From IMG/VR virus record IMGVR_UViG_3300043765_000021, positions 1-53,338 of that record: a stretch of DNA of 53,338 nucleotides, one strand, 5' to 3'. Origin of the DNA: a virus (Duplodnaviria; Caudoviricetes). Both the position numbers and the translations under genes were made by a program. Under the pieces are notes generated by a model, which was not told the DNA's origin, ran no database searches, and saw only the letters and a list, made by a program, of their open reading frames with translations. This document shows, piece by piece, positions 1 to 10,342 of this stretch (within the stretch, counting starts at the first letter, position 1; every line of letters starts with the position of its first letter).

Positions 1-1460
1 TCCTGCACGGCCCCCTGCGCGGGGCGCCGATCCTCTCGACCGGGTTTGGCCTCAACGGGCGCTCGATGGCGGGAGCCTCCTACCTCAACGCCTCGCGGCA
101 GATGATGCAGGCGCTGCGCATCGGCCGCGACGGCATCACCCTCGACTTCAACAAGATCCGGCACCTCCTCTCGCCCGACGAGTGGGCGCTGGTGCTGGAC
201 AGCACGAGGAAGGGGATCATCCACGAACAGACCGCCGACGAAATGGCGGCGGTGCGCGGCGGGGGCGAGGAGGCGATGAGCCCGCGCAAGCGTTTCGTGC
301 GCCGGGTCTTCGACATCTGGAGCAGCAACGTCTCTGCCGCCGACCGCATGGTACGCGGCGCGATGCTGCTATCGGCCTACCGCACCGCCGGGCGCGAGGG
401 CATGGACACCGTCAACCGCATCTGGGATCGCGGCGACGAGAACTGGAAGCAGGCGCCGATCAAGACCCCGGAGACCTGGGCGCAGTTCATGGTGGATAAG
501 ACTGTGGGTATCTGGGGCGACATCAACCGGATCCACGTGCTGCGCAACTGGTTTGGCTCGCTTGTCGGGCAGTTCAAAACTTACGAAATGGGGTATCTCA
601 GTAACCTCCATCAGATGCTCACCAAGATGGGCCCGGAGGGGCGGGTGACCGCGGCCTTGATGCTCGGCGGCATGGGCATGCTGGGCGGCGCGATGGCGTT
701 GCCGTTTAGCAAGGACATCGAGGACGCGGTACAGTGGATCGGCAACCAGATCAGTAGTCTGATGCCCAACCTCGATGGCGAACTGAAGAACGCGATGGAT
801 GCGATCTTCCCCGGCTACGGCGAGGCGTTCGCGCACGGGATCCGGCCGTTCGGCGTCGATCTGGGGTCGATCGGGTTTGGCGACCTCATCAGCCGCAACA
901 TGCAGTCGCCGCTGGACCTGGCGGGGGCGGCGATCTCGATGCCCTACAACGTCTTGCACTCCGCCTGGCAGCGCTACGAGAGCGGCCAGGGCGGGTGGAC
1001 CGCGGCCTACGAGCTCATGCCCAACGCGGTGAAGCACTTCATGCAGGCGATGTACCCCGAAGCCGGGCCGCAGGAGACGGTTGCCGGATACCCCGGCCCG
1101 CCGACGCTCGCGGGGGCCGACGTCTACAAGAAGGCGCTCGGGTTTGAGCCGGAGAGCACCGCGCTCTATTACGAGAAGCGGCAGCAGGAGAACGCGCAGA
1201 CCAGACGCTTCCACCAAGGCGTTGCGAATGCGGTGAACCGGATCGCCAACCTGCAGGCGCGCGGTGAGGATGATGCGGCAGACCAGGCGCGACAGGACGC
1301 CTACGCTCTCATCGAGCAGGGACGGCAGGCCAGAGTGTTCACGGCGAAGGAGATCCAGCAGTACCACACTGATCTGAAGAAGGCGCAGCGGGCGCGGCTC
1401 ACGCCAGGGGCGCCGACGCCCACCCAGCGCCGCCAGGAAGCCCTCCAGGGACAGCCCTGA
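1..1460 (+). CDS. C-terminal part of a large virion/internal (DNA-ejection-type, PLxRFG-like) protein, 5'-truncated
   Basis: Frame is open from base 3, upstream of the ATG at 66; mostly helical; hydrophobic Gly-rich segment TAALMLGGMGMLGGAMALPF resembles large podovirus internal proteins; directly precedes the fibre genes. Confidence 0.5.
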   Translation, partial: LHGPLRGAPILSTGFGLNGRSMAGASYLNASRQMMQALRIGRDGITLDFNKIRHLLSPDEWALVLDSTRKGIIHEQTADEMAAVRGGGEEAMSPRKRFVRRVFDIWSSNVSAADRMVRGAMLLSAYRTAGREGMDTVNRIWDRGDENWKQAPIKTPETWAQFMVDKTVGIWGDINRIHVLRNWFGSLVGQFKTYEMGYLSNLHQMLTKMGPEGRVTAALMLGGMGMLGGAMALPFSKDIEDAVQWIGNQISSLMPNLDGELKNAMDAIFPGYGEAFAHGIRPFGVDLGSIGFGDLISRNMQSPLDLAGAAISMPYNVLHSAWQRYESGQGGWTAAYELMPNAVKHFMQAMYPEAGPQETVAGYPGPPTLAGADVYKKALGFEPESTALYYEKRQQENAQTRRFHQGVANAVNRIANLQARGEDDAADQARQDAYALIEQGRQARVFTAKEIQQYHTDLKKAQRARLTPGAPTPTQRRQEALQGQP

Positions 1461-3358
1461 TGGCGACCGAAGCCTCACGGATCACCCAGCAGCAAAAGCC
1501 GGTCATCATTGTCGATGCCGACTACGCGATCGGCTTTCGCGACTTTGCTTCGCTTCTGATCTTCCCCTACGCCGGGGTGTCGGTGAGCTTCCCGCCGGCG
1601 AACACCCTGCCATCCGGGTTCAGCGTCACCTTGAAGAACACCTCGGCGACCCAGCTGCCGGTCTCCTTCGGCTCGCCGATCGACGGCAACGGGTCGAACA
1701 CCGTCGTCGAGCCCGGCGGCTCGATGGAGGTGCGCGGCGACAACAACAACTACTATTCGATCTCGACCATCCTGCCCGGGGCGGCGATGGGTCCGCCAGG
1801 CCCGACGGGGCCGACCGGCCCGGGGGCGACGGTCAGCGCCGGGACGACGACAACCCTCGCTCCGGGTCTGCCGGCCAACGTCGTCAACGCCGGGACCCAG
1901 ACCGCGGCGATCTTCAACTTCTACATCCCGCAAGGCCCGACGGGCGCCGCAGGAGTGAACGGGCCGCAGGGTCCGACCGGCGCGGATGGTCTGCCTGGGA
2001 CCGACGGGGCGGCGGCGACAATCGCGGTCGGCAGCACGGTCACCGGGGCACCGGGCACGCCCGCCGCCGTCGTCAATATCGGCTCGCCCAGTGCGGCGGT
2101 CTTCAGCTTCACCATCCCGGAAGGGCTGCAGGGCGTCCCGGGGGTGCAAGGCCCGACCGGGGCGACCGGACCGCCGGGCTCGAGCGTCACCATCGTCGGC
2201 TCGGTGCCGACCTCGGCCAACCTGCCGACGGGTCTTGGTCCGGCCAATGCCGGCGAGGGCTACATCGCCGAGGACACGGGTCACCTGTGGGTGTGGACCG
2301 GCACGTCATGGGTCGATGTCGGTCCGGTGCGCGGGCCGACGGGACCCACGGGACCAGTTGGACCACAAGGCCCGACCGGGGCCACGGGTGCGCCTGGTGC
2401 CGCGGGCAGCGAGGTCACGGTCAGCGCCACCGCGCCGCTGTCGCCCCAGGTCGGCGATCTGTGGTGGGACACCATCAGCGGGCAGCTTTTCGTCTGGTAC
2501 ACCGACCCGAACGGCTCGCAGTGGGTGATCGCCAATAGCGGGGGCGGTCAGGGGCCTCCGGGTCCGACCGGACCGCCAGGCCCGGGGGGTGGCGGTGGCG
2601 CCTCGGTCGTCGTCGGCCCCAGCCCGCCAGCATCGCCCAACGTCGGCGATCTCTGGTGGGATGACGTCGGAGGCCAGCTTTATATCTGGTACTCGGACCC
2701 GACGAGCTCGCAGTGGGTTGTCGCCAACCCCGGGATGATCGGCGCCACCGGGGCCACAGGGGCAACAGGAGCGACAGGTGCGGCTTCGACCGTGGCAGGC
2801 CCGACCGGGCCGACCGGCGCGCAGGGGCCGAACTGGCAGGTTGGCGCGGGTCTTTCGCTTAATACCGGCACCACGCCCAACACTGTCGCGATGACCTCAC
2901 CCACGCCCGCGAGCATCCCAAAAGCCGGCATCACGGACGGCAGCGCCGCCGCTGCCGGTAACGTCGGCGAGCTACTAACGAACACCATTGGCGGTCCGGT
3001 TCAGATTACCGGGGATGCGGCATGGCAGAACATACTGACGATGTCTGTTACCCCAGGCTGCTGGCTCATCTGGGCGACCGGCTACATCAGTATGCAATAT
3101 GCCGCCCCTCTGGGCGCGGCTTACAATGTCGGCCTCGGCGTCTACTTGCCCGGCGAAAGTATAGGCGGCTTAACCGGCATTGCGAATTGGAACGTATGGT
3201 CTAGCTCTGAGACCATACAGGGCTATGGCGGCCCAACTCCCATCCGTGTCTTTAACACCACCACCACTCAAACAATCACCTTGGCGGCGGAAGCCAACGC
3301 CTCGGGCGTCAACAAATATGTGACCGCCGCCATGATTTTGGCGCAACGGATACGCTGA
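1460..3358 (+). CDS. Collagen-like fibre/adhesin protein
   Basis: Multiple G-X-Y (GPT/GAT) runs, two GDLWWD..GQL...QWV modules and a C-terminal PKAG.TDGS.AAAG.VGE beta-rich domain shared with downstream paralogues. Confidence 0.8.
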   Translation: MATEASRITQQQKPVIIVDADYAIGFRDFASLLIFPYAGVSVSFPPANTLPSGFSVTLKNTSATQLPVSFGSPIDGNGSNTVVEPGGSMEVRGDNNNYYSISTILPGAAMGPPGPTGPTGPGATVSAGTTTTLAPGLPANVVNAGTQTAAIFNFYIPQGPTGAAGVNGPQGPTGADGLPGTDGAAATIAVGSTVTGAPGTPAAVVNIGSPSAAVFSFTIPEGLQGVPGVQGPTGATGPPGSSVTIVGSVPTSANLPTGLGPANAGEGYIAEDTGHLWVWTGTSWVDVGPVRGPTGPTGPVGPQGPTGATGAPGAAGSEVTVSATAPLSPQVGDLWWDTISGQLFVWYTDPNGSQWVIANSGGGQGPPGPTGPPGPGGGGGASVVVGPSPPASPNVGDLWWDDVGGQLYIWYSDPTSSQWVVANPGMIGATGATGATGATGAASTVAGPTGPTGAQGPNWQVGAGLSLNTGTTPNTVAMTSPTPASIPKAGITDGSAAAAGNVGELLTNTIGGPVQITGDAAWQNILTMSVTPGCWLIWATGYISMQYAAPLGAAYNVGLGVYLPGESIGGLTGIANWNVWSSSETIQGYGGPTPIRVFNTTTTQTITLAAEANASGVNKYVTAAMILAQRIR

Positions 3359-4473
3359 TGGCGACGATCGGCCTCTGCATGATCGTCAAGGACGAGGCGC
3401 CCAGGATCGAGCGCTGTCTGGACAGCACCTTGGGCCTTGTCGACTACTACTGCATCAGCGACACCGGCTCCTGCGACGAGACCAAGGAGATCATCACCCG
3501 CTGGCTCGACCGCCATCACCTGGTCGGCGAGATCGAGGACCAGCCGTGGCAGGACTTCGCCTACAACCGAACGGTCGTTCTGAAGCAACTGAGCCGGCAC
3601 CCGGACATCGACTACGCGCTGATGCTCGACGCCGACGACATCCTGGTCTACGAGCGCGGGTTTGTCGGGTGGATGTTCAAGCGCAACCTCGTCGCCGACG
3701 TCTACCACGTGATGATCCGCCACGGCACGCTGAAGCATGCCCGCGCCCAGATCTGTAGGAATGACGGGCGATTTTATTATCGCGGGGTGGTTCACGAGTT
3801 TCTCGTCGGCCCGGAGGGGACCACCGGCGCCGCGGCGCAGGGGCTCTTTATCGTTGCGGGAACGACGGGGGCGCGCAGCAGCGATCCAGAAAAGTATCGC
3901 AAGGACGCGCTCTTGCTGGAAGAAGCTCTCGCCGATAATCCCGACGAGTACCTGCGCCGGCGCTACACCTTCTACCTGGGCAATAGCTGGCGCGACGCCG
4001 GGGAGCCGTCGCGGGCGCTGACCGCTTACGAGGCTCGCGCCCAGCTTGGCGGTTGGGCAGACGAGGTGGCGCTGAGTATACTTCGCGCTGGGCAGGCAAT
4101 GATTGCGCTGGGGTGGGGCAACAGTGAGGTGATCGGGCAGTTTCTCGCGGCCTATGAGGCGTGTCCGTGGCGGGCCGAAGCCCTCCACGCCGCCGCGCGC
4201 TATTGCCGTGAGACCGGCAAGTTCCACCAGGGCTACCTCATCGCCCGCCACGGCACCACGATCAAGGAGCCGGCGGACGGGCTCTTCCTCGAGCCGTGGA
4301 TCTACCGTTATGGGATGCTCGACGAGCTCTCGGTGGCGGCTTACTGGACGGGGCGCTACGGCGAGTGCCTGACGGCCTGCGAGCAATTGTTGGCCGACGG
4401 CATCCACCCCGACCGCGAGCGGATCGCGCGCAATCTGGGGTTCGCCCGGGAGAAGCTCAGTGTCGGGTCTTGA
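3358..4473 (+). CDS. Family 2 glycosyltransferase with C-terminal TPR-like helices
   Basis: N-terminal [30 protein letters not shown] (DxD) and VHE motifs; TPR-like [13 protein letters not shown] region. Confidence 0.9.
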   Translation: MATIGLCMIVKDEAPRIERCLDSTLGLVDYYCISDTGSCDETKEIITRWLDRHHLVGEIEDQPWQDFAYNRTVVLKQLSRHPDIDYALMLDADDILVYERGFVGWMFKRNLVADVYHVMIRHGTLKHARAQICRNDGRFYYRGVVHEFLVGPEGTTGAAAQGLFIVAGTTGARSSDPEKYRKDALLLEEALADNPDEYLRRRYTFYLGNSWRDAGEPSRALTAYEARAQLGGWADEVALSILRAGQAMIALGWGNSEVIGQFLAAYEACPWRAEALHAAARYCRETGKFHQGYLIARHGTTIKEPADGLFLEPWIYRYGMLDELSVAAYWTGRYGECLTACEQLLADGIHPDRERIARNLGFAREKLSVGS

Positions 4474-7400
4474 TTTTCCCGATGCACCGACGCCAGGCCA
4501 GAAGTTCTCTGGCGCCGGCAGCATGTGGGAATGGGACGGCGTCAAATGGGAGAGCATCAACGCCGCGCCACCGCCGGGGGCGACCGGGCCGACAGGTGCC
4601 ACCGGCGCCACCGGGGCGACGGGTCCCGGCGGGGGTGCCACCGGCCCCACCGGCCCGACAGGGGTAGCGGGCGCCACAGGAGCCACAGGAGCCACAGGAG
4701 CGACCGGGGCTGGTGCTGCAGGCCCCACCGGCCCTACAGGCGCCACAGGGGCTCCAGGCGCGGCCGGAGCCACAGGGGCTGCGGGTTCGACCGGCGCTAC
4801 GGGTGCGACCGGTGCCGACAGCGCGGTGCCGGGTCCGCCCGGTCCTACCGGCCCGACCGGGGCGGCGGGTCAATCCGCCAATGTGTTCGACTATCGGTTC
4901 TCGACATCGACGGCGCCGCCGGTATCGGCCGGCTATGTCGAGCTCGACAACGCCACCCCGACACTGGTGGCGACGGTCAACATCGCCGACACGTCGGGCG
5001 ATAACATCGACATCACCCGCATGCTGGCACTGATTGTCGCCGGCAATACGATCGTCCTGCAGAACAACACCAATTCCGCCCAGTTCATGGACTTCACGGT
5101 CACCGGTCCCTCGGTGATGCAGACCGGCTACGCCGCGGTGCCGGTCACCTACAAGAATGCCGGCGGGGCGGCGTTCAACAACAACCTGCAGATCGTTGTC
5201 GGCCTGGTGAGCCAGGGTCAGCCGGGCGCCACGGGTCCGACCGGTGCGACCGGGGCGACAGGCGGCACGGGCGCACAGGGTGTGGCTGGTCCTACGGGGC
5301 CGACAGGAGCCACGGGGGCCGCGTCCGTTGTTCCTGGTCCGACGGGTCCGACGGGCGCCACCGGCGCTACCGGCAATACGGGGGCGCAGGGTATCGCCGG
5401 CCCGACAGGACCGACCGGCGCCACGGGTGCGGCTTCGATTGTACCGGGTCCTACAGGCCCCACTGGTGCCACTGGCAATACCGGAGCCCAAGGGATCGCC
5501 GGGCCGACCGGACCGACCGGGGCGACCGGCAACACCGGAGCCCAAGGCATCGCTGGTCCGACCGGCCCCACAGGTAATACGGGCGCTCAAGGCATTGCCG
5601 GTCCGACCGGCCCCACGGGCAACACCGGCGCTCAAGGCATACCGGGCGTTGCAGGGCCGACCGGGCCTACGGGTGCGACGGGTGCCGCCTCGACGGTGCC
5701 GGGGCCAGTGGGTCCCACGGGTCCTACCGGAGCCACAGGGAACACCGGGGCACAGGGCGCGATCGGCCCGACCGGCCCCACCGGGGCGACGGGCGCAGCG
5801 TCCACCGTGCCGGGTCCAATTGGCCCGACGGGGCCGACCGGCGCCACGGGCAATACGGGTGCTCAAGGAGCGGTCGGTCCCACGGGCGCTACCGGGCCGA
5901 CCGGCGCGCAGGGCAATGTCGGTCCCATCGGCCCCACGGGTCCGACTGGAGCCACCGGCAACACGGGCGCCGTCGGCGCTGTCGGTCCTACTGGGCCAAC
6001 CGGGGCCACCGGCAACACCGGAGCTCAAGGCGCTGTCGGCCCCACTGGTCCGACCGGAGCGACCGGCCCGACGGGCGCGGCTTCGACCGTCGCCGGCCCC
6101 ACGGGTTCCACCGGGGCTACAGGCGCCACCGGCGCGACCGGCCCGACCGGCGGCACGGGAGGGTTCAGTAATCAGATCACGATCGCCGCAGCGCCGCCGA
6201 CCAGCCCTACGCCCAACCCGGGCGATCTGTGGTGGGACGACATCGGCGGCCAGCTGTACGTCTACTATACCGACGCCAACTCCTCGCAGTGGGTCGTCGC
6301 CGTCACCGGCTCGGTCGGACCGCAGGGCCCGAACTGGCTGGTCGGCACCGGGCTCACGCTCGACACCACCACCTCGCCTAGCACGATCGATCTGACCACC
6401 CCGGTCACGGTGGCGAACGGCGGCACCAATGCGACGAGCGCGCCGGCGGCGCTGGTCAGCCTGGGGGCGGCGCCGATCGCCAGCCCGACCTTTACCGGCA
6501 CGGTCACGCTGCCGACCGCGACCGGGGTCACCCCGGCGACCACGGACAACTCGGTCAACCTGGCGACGACGGCGTTCGTCAAGAGCGTTGCCGGTGCCTA
6601 CTTGCCGCTGGCAGGCGGCACCGTTACGGGCGGGCTGACCGTCAACGGCGCAATCACCGCCAATGCCGGGATGGCGATCTACGGCGGCAGCTTTTACAAC
6701 GGCTACAACAACGGCTGGCTCTATTTCAACGGCTCGCTGCGGGTCTACAACCTGCAGTCGGAGAACGATGTCAACGCCTTCGGCTCGCTCTACTGCGGCA
6801 ACGCTGCAGCCCGCTGGTATTGGAACGGCTACATGCGGACCGACCAGAGCCTGAGTTGCTACGACTTCGTCTCGAGCAACAACGTCAACGCCGCCGGCTC
6901 GCTCTTCTGTGGCGGCTGTCAGATTTACAACAACGGCGGCTGGACCTACTCGCCGCAGGGCTATCACGGCGGCGGCAACGGCATCTATTCGGACGGCAAC
7001 GTCTATGCCCAAGGCGCGGTCTATGTGAATTACAACAGCGGGCTTTATTGGTCGAACAACGGCGGCTGGATGTACTGCCCGGTCGGCGTCTGGTGCGCCA
7101 ACATCAACACCGGCTCGATCCAGGTGAACGGCAACAACATCAACGGCTGTAACAATCTCTACTGCAACGGCACCGCCTATGGCGGTTGGGGCGCTCAGTA
7201 TAATTGGAACAACGGCTATTGGGTTGCCTTCAACCTCAGCGATCTCCTTTACTGCTACAACAACGAGGGCTTAGCGGGCGGCGTCTACTGGACCTATTGC
7301 GATGAGCGGTTGAAGTGGAACTTCGGCGCTGTCGAGCGCGACTGCCTGGCCGCCATCGACGCCATCGAGCTTCGCAAATTTGATTTTAGCGAAGGATTTC

Positions 7401-7666
7401 CGCCGCAGCGCCGGGTCAATCCCGAGGAAACGCGGCCCGAGTTCTTCCAATGGGAGGACTTGCCACGGAAGGTCAAACATATCGAGACCGGGTTTATCGC
7501 TCAGCAGTTACGCGAGCTCATCCCCGAAGCGGTTCCCGATCCGCCCGAGGAGGGCGCTTTTCTGAGCGTCGATATGCGCCCCCTGGTGGCAACCCTGATC
7601 GGGGCCGTGCAGCAGCTTTCTGCCCAGGTCGCTGAATTGAAGGATCAACGGAGGAACTTCGCATGA
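4460..7666 (+). CDS. Long collagen-like tail fibre with Asn/Gly/Tyr-rich head and C-terminal S74-type intramolecular chaperone
   Basis: About 300 aa of Gly-X-Thr repeats; DERLK motif followed by [13 protein letters not shown] and [10 protein letters not shown] coiled coil typical of peptidase S74 chaperones. Confidence 0.85.
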   Translation: MSGLDFPDAPTPGQKFSGAGSMWEWDGVKWESINAAPPPGATGPTGATGATGATGPGGGATGPTGPTGVAGATGATGATGATGAGAAGPTGPTGATGAPGAAGATGAAGSTGATGATGADSAVPGPPGPTGPTGAAGQSANVFDYRFSTSTAPPVSAGYVELDNATPTLVATVNIADTSGDNIDITRMLALIVAGNTIVLQNNTNSAQFMDFTVTGPSVMQTGYAAVPVTYKNAGGAAFNNNLQIVVGLVSQGQPGATGPTGATGATGGTGAQGVAGPTGPTGATGAASVVPGPTGPTGATGATGNTGAQGIAGPTGPTGATGAASIVPGPTGPTGATGNTGAQGIAGPTGPTGATGNTGAQGIAGPTGPTGNTGAQGIAGPTGPTGNTGAQGIPGVAGPTGPTGATGAASTVPGPVGPTGPTGATGNTGAQGAIGPTGPTGATGAASTVPGPIGPTGPTGATGNTGAQGAVGPTGATGPTGAQGNVGPIGPTGPTGATGNTGAVGAVGPTGPTGATGNTGAQGAVGPTGPTGATGPTGAASTVAGPTGSTGATGATGATGPTGGTGGFSNQITIAAAPPTSPTPNPGDLWWDDIGGQLYVYYTDANSSQWVVAVTGSVGPQGPNWLVGTGLTLDTTTSPSTIDLTTPVTVANGGTNATSAPAALVSLGAAPIASPTFTGTVTLPTATGVTPATTDNSVNLATTAFVKSVAGAYLPLAGGTVTGGLTVNGAITANAGMAIYGGSFYNGYNNGWLYFNGSLRVYNLQSENDVNAFGSLYCGNAAARWYWNGYMRTDQSLSCYDFVSSNNVNAAGSLFCGGCQIYNNGGWTYSPQGYHGGGNGIYSDGNVYAQGAVYVNYNSGLYWSNNGGWMYCPVGVWCANINTGSIQVNGNNINGCNNLYCNGTAYGGWGAQYNWNNGYWVAFNLSDLLYCYNNEGLAGGVYWTYCDERLKWNFGAVERDCLAAIDAIELRKFDFSEGFPPQRRVNPEETRPEFFQWEDLPRKVKHIETGFIAQQLRELIPEAVPDPPEEGAFLSVDMRPLVATLIGAVQQLSAQVAELKDQRRNFA
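4578..4870 (+). repeat. Collagen (Gly-X-Y) coding repeat, block 1 of the 4460 gene
   Basis: GGN-CCN-ACN / GGN-GCN-ACN triplet periodicity. Confidence 0.85.
5215..6160 (+). repeat. Collagen (Gly-X-Thr) coding repeat, block 2 of the 4460 gene
   Basis: Recurring [16 protein letters not shown] units. Confidence 0.9.
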
Positions 7667-7998
7667 CCAACTACGCCGACGTACCGCAGACCAACGTGCT
7701 CTACGGCGAGCTTGAGCGCACCCAGCAGGCGCTCAGCAACATCAACGCCGGGGCCGCGCTCTACAGCTTTGTCGTCGGGGCGCCGCCAACGCCGACCGGA
7801 CTGCAACCGGTCTCGCCAACCGCAGCGCCGCCGCAGGCAATGCCGGTGACGATCACCCTCGACGTGCCGCCCTCGGCGGCGCTGATGAGCGATCTGACGG
7901 CGTGGCTGACCCAAAGGGTAACCGATCTTTCCAATCAGCTTGCCGCGCTCGGCGTGCCCGACGCGCCCTCCACTCCCCCCGCCAGAAAGGCAGCGTGA
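7663..7998 (+). CDS. Hypothetical protein (fibre-associated)
   Basis: ATGA overlap with the upstream fibre gene; GGAGG RBS. Confidence 0.7.
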   Translation: MTNYADVPQTNVLYGELERTQQALSNINAGAALYSFVVGAPPTPTGLQPVSPTAAPPQAMPVTITLDVPPSAALMSDLTAWLTQRVTDLSNQLAALGVPDAPSTPPARKAA

Positions 7999-8231
7999 TG
8001 ACACCGCAGATGCAGCCGCAACAGGTGCCGGTCGACCAGAAGATCAGCGTCACCCTCACGGCGGGGATGTGGTCGGAGATTATGAACGTCCTTCAGACCG
8101 CGCCGATCTCCTGGCAGCGCGCCCACCCGCTCGTCCAGGCGCTGAGCGAGCAGTTCGGGATCGCGACGCAGCAGCAAGAGACGCAGCCGCTGCCCAACGG
8201 CCACGATCCCGTCATCCCGCCCATGCAGTAG
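7998..8231 (+). CDS. Small hypothetical protein
   Basis: TGATG stop/start coupling; MTPQMQPQQ... Confidence 0.65.
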   Translation: MTPQMQPQQVPVDQKISVTLTAGMWSEIMNVLQTAPISWQRAHPLVQALSEQFGIATQQQETQPLPNGHDPVIPPMQ

Positions 8232-8240
8232 AGCTCGCCG

Positions 8241-9170
8241 ATGCCGCCGCTCGACTTCCCCGGTCCGCCCCTCACTGTCGGCCAGATCTATAGCGACTGG
8301 CAGTGGGACGGTGCGAAGTGGGTGAGCGCCGAGGCCGGCAGCAGCGTCACCATCGGCGCGACGCCACCGACCAGCCCGGCCCCGGCGGCCGGCAATCTGT
8401 GGTGGGATGACGTCGGCGGGCAGATGTATATTTACTACTCCGACCCGAACGGCAACCAATGGGTGGCGGTCAGCAACCAGCCCGGGGGCGCCGGACCGCC
8501 GGGGCCGCAAGGACCGGCTTCCAACGTCATCATCAGCGACACGCCGCCGGCGAACCCGGTCGCGGGCCAGTTGTGGTGGGACAGCACCGTCGGCCAGTTC
8601 TTCATCTGGTTTGTCGACCCCAACGGCGGGCAGTGGGTGGTGGCGTCGCAGCAGGGTGCGGCGGGGCAGAACTGGCAGGTCGGCAGCGGCCTGGCGCTTA
8701 ATCCCGCGACGTCGCCGCCGACCATCGCGATGGCTTCGCCGATCCCGACGAGCATCCCCAAGGCTGGCGTCATCGATGGCAGCAATGCCGCGGCGGGGAA
8801 CGTCGGGGAGTATCTAACTGTAACTCCCGCGAGTATCTCTTTAACCTCAAATGTGGTCGCTAACGCAGCAAGTCTGACACTAAGTCCAGGCGACTGGGAT
8901 TGCGGTGGCTGGATCAATTTCACCGCTGCCGCCGGCGCTTCGCCGACAATATTACAGGGTTCGCTGAGCACAACCAGCGCCACTGAGACGGGCAACATGA
9001 GCTACGTCGTGTTGTCGTCTAGTGGGTTTGGTGGCTATATGGGATTTCCGTTGGGCACAATTCGCTTCAACGTCTCCGTATCAACGACCATCTACAATGT
9101 CGCCCAGGCTCTGTTTGCCAGCGGCACCATGACAGTCCAGGGCGCGATCTGGGCGCGGCGGGCCCGCTGA
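8241..9170 (+). CDS. Modular fibre/adhesin paralogue (C-type head)
   Basis: LDFP..WQWDG.KW start, two LWWD modules, PKAG.IDGS.AAAG.VGE head domain. Confidence 0.75.
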   Translation: MPPLDFPGPPLTVGQIYSDWQWDGAKWVSAEAGSSVTIGATPPTSPAPAAGNLWWDDVGGQMYIYYSDPNGNQWVAVSNQPGGAGPPGPQGPASNVIISDTPPANPVAGQLWWDSTVGQFFIWFVDPNGGQWVVASQQGAAGQNWQVGSGLALNPATSPPTIAMASPIPTSIPKAGVIDGSNAAAGNVGEYLTVTPASISLTSNVVANAASLTLSPGDWDCGGWINFTAAAGASPTILQGSLSTTSATETGNMSYVVLSSSGFGGYMGFPLGTIRFNVSVSTTIYNVAQALFASGTMTVQGAIWARRAR

Positions 9171-10342
9171 TGATCGACTTCCCCGCCAATCCCACCACCG
9201 GACAGGTGTTCTCCGCCGGGAACTACGCCTGGCAGTTTGACGGCGTGCATTGGGTCTCGATGGCGCCGCTGAACCCGGCATCCAACCCCAACAAGCTCAT
9301 CAACCCGTTCCTCGAGATCGACCAGGCCAATGAGGGGGCGGCCGTCGCTCTGACAACTTCCTCTACTAAATACACCGCCGATGGGTTCCAGGCCGGCTAC
9401 GTCAACACCACAGCGCCCAGTGGAATAGTTACTCGTGACACTAACACTCCACCTCCCGGTTACGGGTACTCCATTGTCTTGCAAACCAATGTCCCCATTG
9501 CGACGGTGGGCGTTGGCGACTGGATGGCTATGGCTCAGGTGATAGAAGCAGATGACCTGTATGACACAGCCCAAGGCACAGTTAATGCCCGGCCACTAAC
9601 ACTGTCATTCTGGTTCTTGGCTACAATAGCCGGAACTTATTATGTGTCTATCCACAACCAGCCAACCACGGTAAGCTATATTGCTCCTTTTGCCATCGCG
9701 ACAGCCAATGTCTGGCAGTTCTTTACTATAACTATCCCCGGCAACACTGCCGCAGCATGGTCTCTGAACGGAAATGGACCAGGCGCTCTTGTCTATTGGG
9801 TGCTGGCGGCAGGGACAAACCGCCAGGCCCCCACCCTCAATAACTGGGTAGCAGGCAACTTCTTAGCCGGTCCCGGTATGAACAACGCCATTATGACAAC
9901 AGCCAATGCCTACGGCCGCCTAGGTCCCTGCAAGCTCGAGGTCGGCAGCGTCGCCACCCCCATGCTCCGCCGGTCCATCCAGGAGGAGTTGAGCCGGTGT
10001 CAGCGGTACTATGAGAAGAGCTACGATGTCGGGACGGCAGTAGGGACGGCTACAGGGGCAAATACGGGTTGGTTTATTGTCTTTATGAACAACCTCACTG
10101 CTGCGGGGAGGAGTGCAGGCGGCTCTACATCCTTCAAAGTAACCAAGCGCGCCTCTCCCACAATCACAATGTACTCAGGTGTAACTGGCGCTGCTGGTGT
10201 TTTGAGGGATGAATATGCCACCACAGACGTAACGGCTAACCTAAACGCTCACAACAGCAATCTGTTTGGAGTATATGGCACCACTACTTACAGCGGGGCT
10301 GTCCAGTTCAACGCGCACTGGGTCGCGGACGCGAGGCTCTGA
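9170..10342 (+). CDS. Modular fibre/adhesin paralogue (D-type, carbohydrate-binding-like head)
   Basis: MIDFP start; NKL.NPFLEIDQ...KLEVG..ATP...EL.RCQRYYEKSY...VADARL. Confidence 0.75.
   Translation: MIDFPANPTTGQVFSAGNYAWQFDGVHWVSMAPLNPASNPNKLINPFLEIDQANEGAAVALTTSSTKYTADGFQAGYVNTTAPSGIVTRDTNTPPPGYGYSIVLQTNVPIATVGVGDWMAMAQVIEADDLYDTAQGTVNARPLTLSFWFLATIAGTYYVSIHNQPTTVSYIAPFAIATANVWQFFTITIPGNTAAAWSLNGNGPGALVYWVLAAGTNRQAPTLNNWVAGNFLAGPGMNNAIMTTANAYGRLGPCKLEVGSVATPMLRRSIQEELSRCQRYYEKSYDVGTAVGTATGANTGWFIVFMNNLTAAGRSAGGSTSFKVTKRASPTITMYSGVTGAAGVLRDEYATTDVTANLNAHNSNLFGVYGTTTYSGAVQFNAHWVADARL

Noticed and set aside
3268-7012. Long minus-strand ORFs (3268-4773, 4457-7012 and similar)
   Set aside because: Antisense shadows of GC-rich collagen genes; no RBS or recognisable domains.
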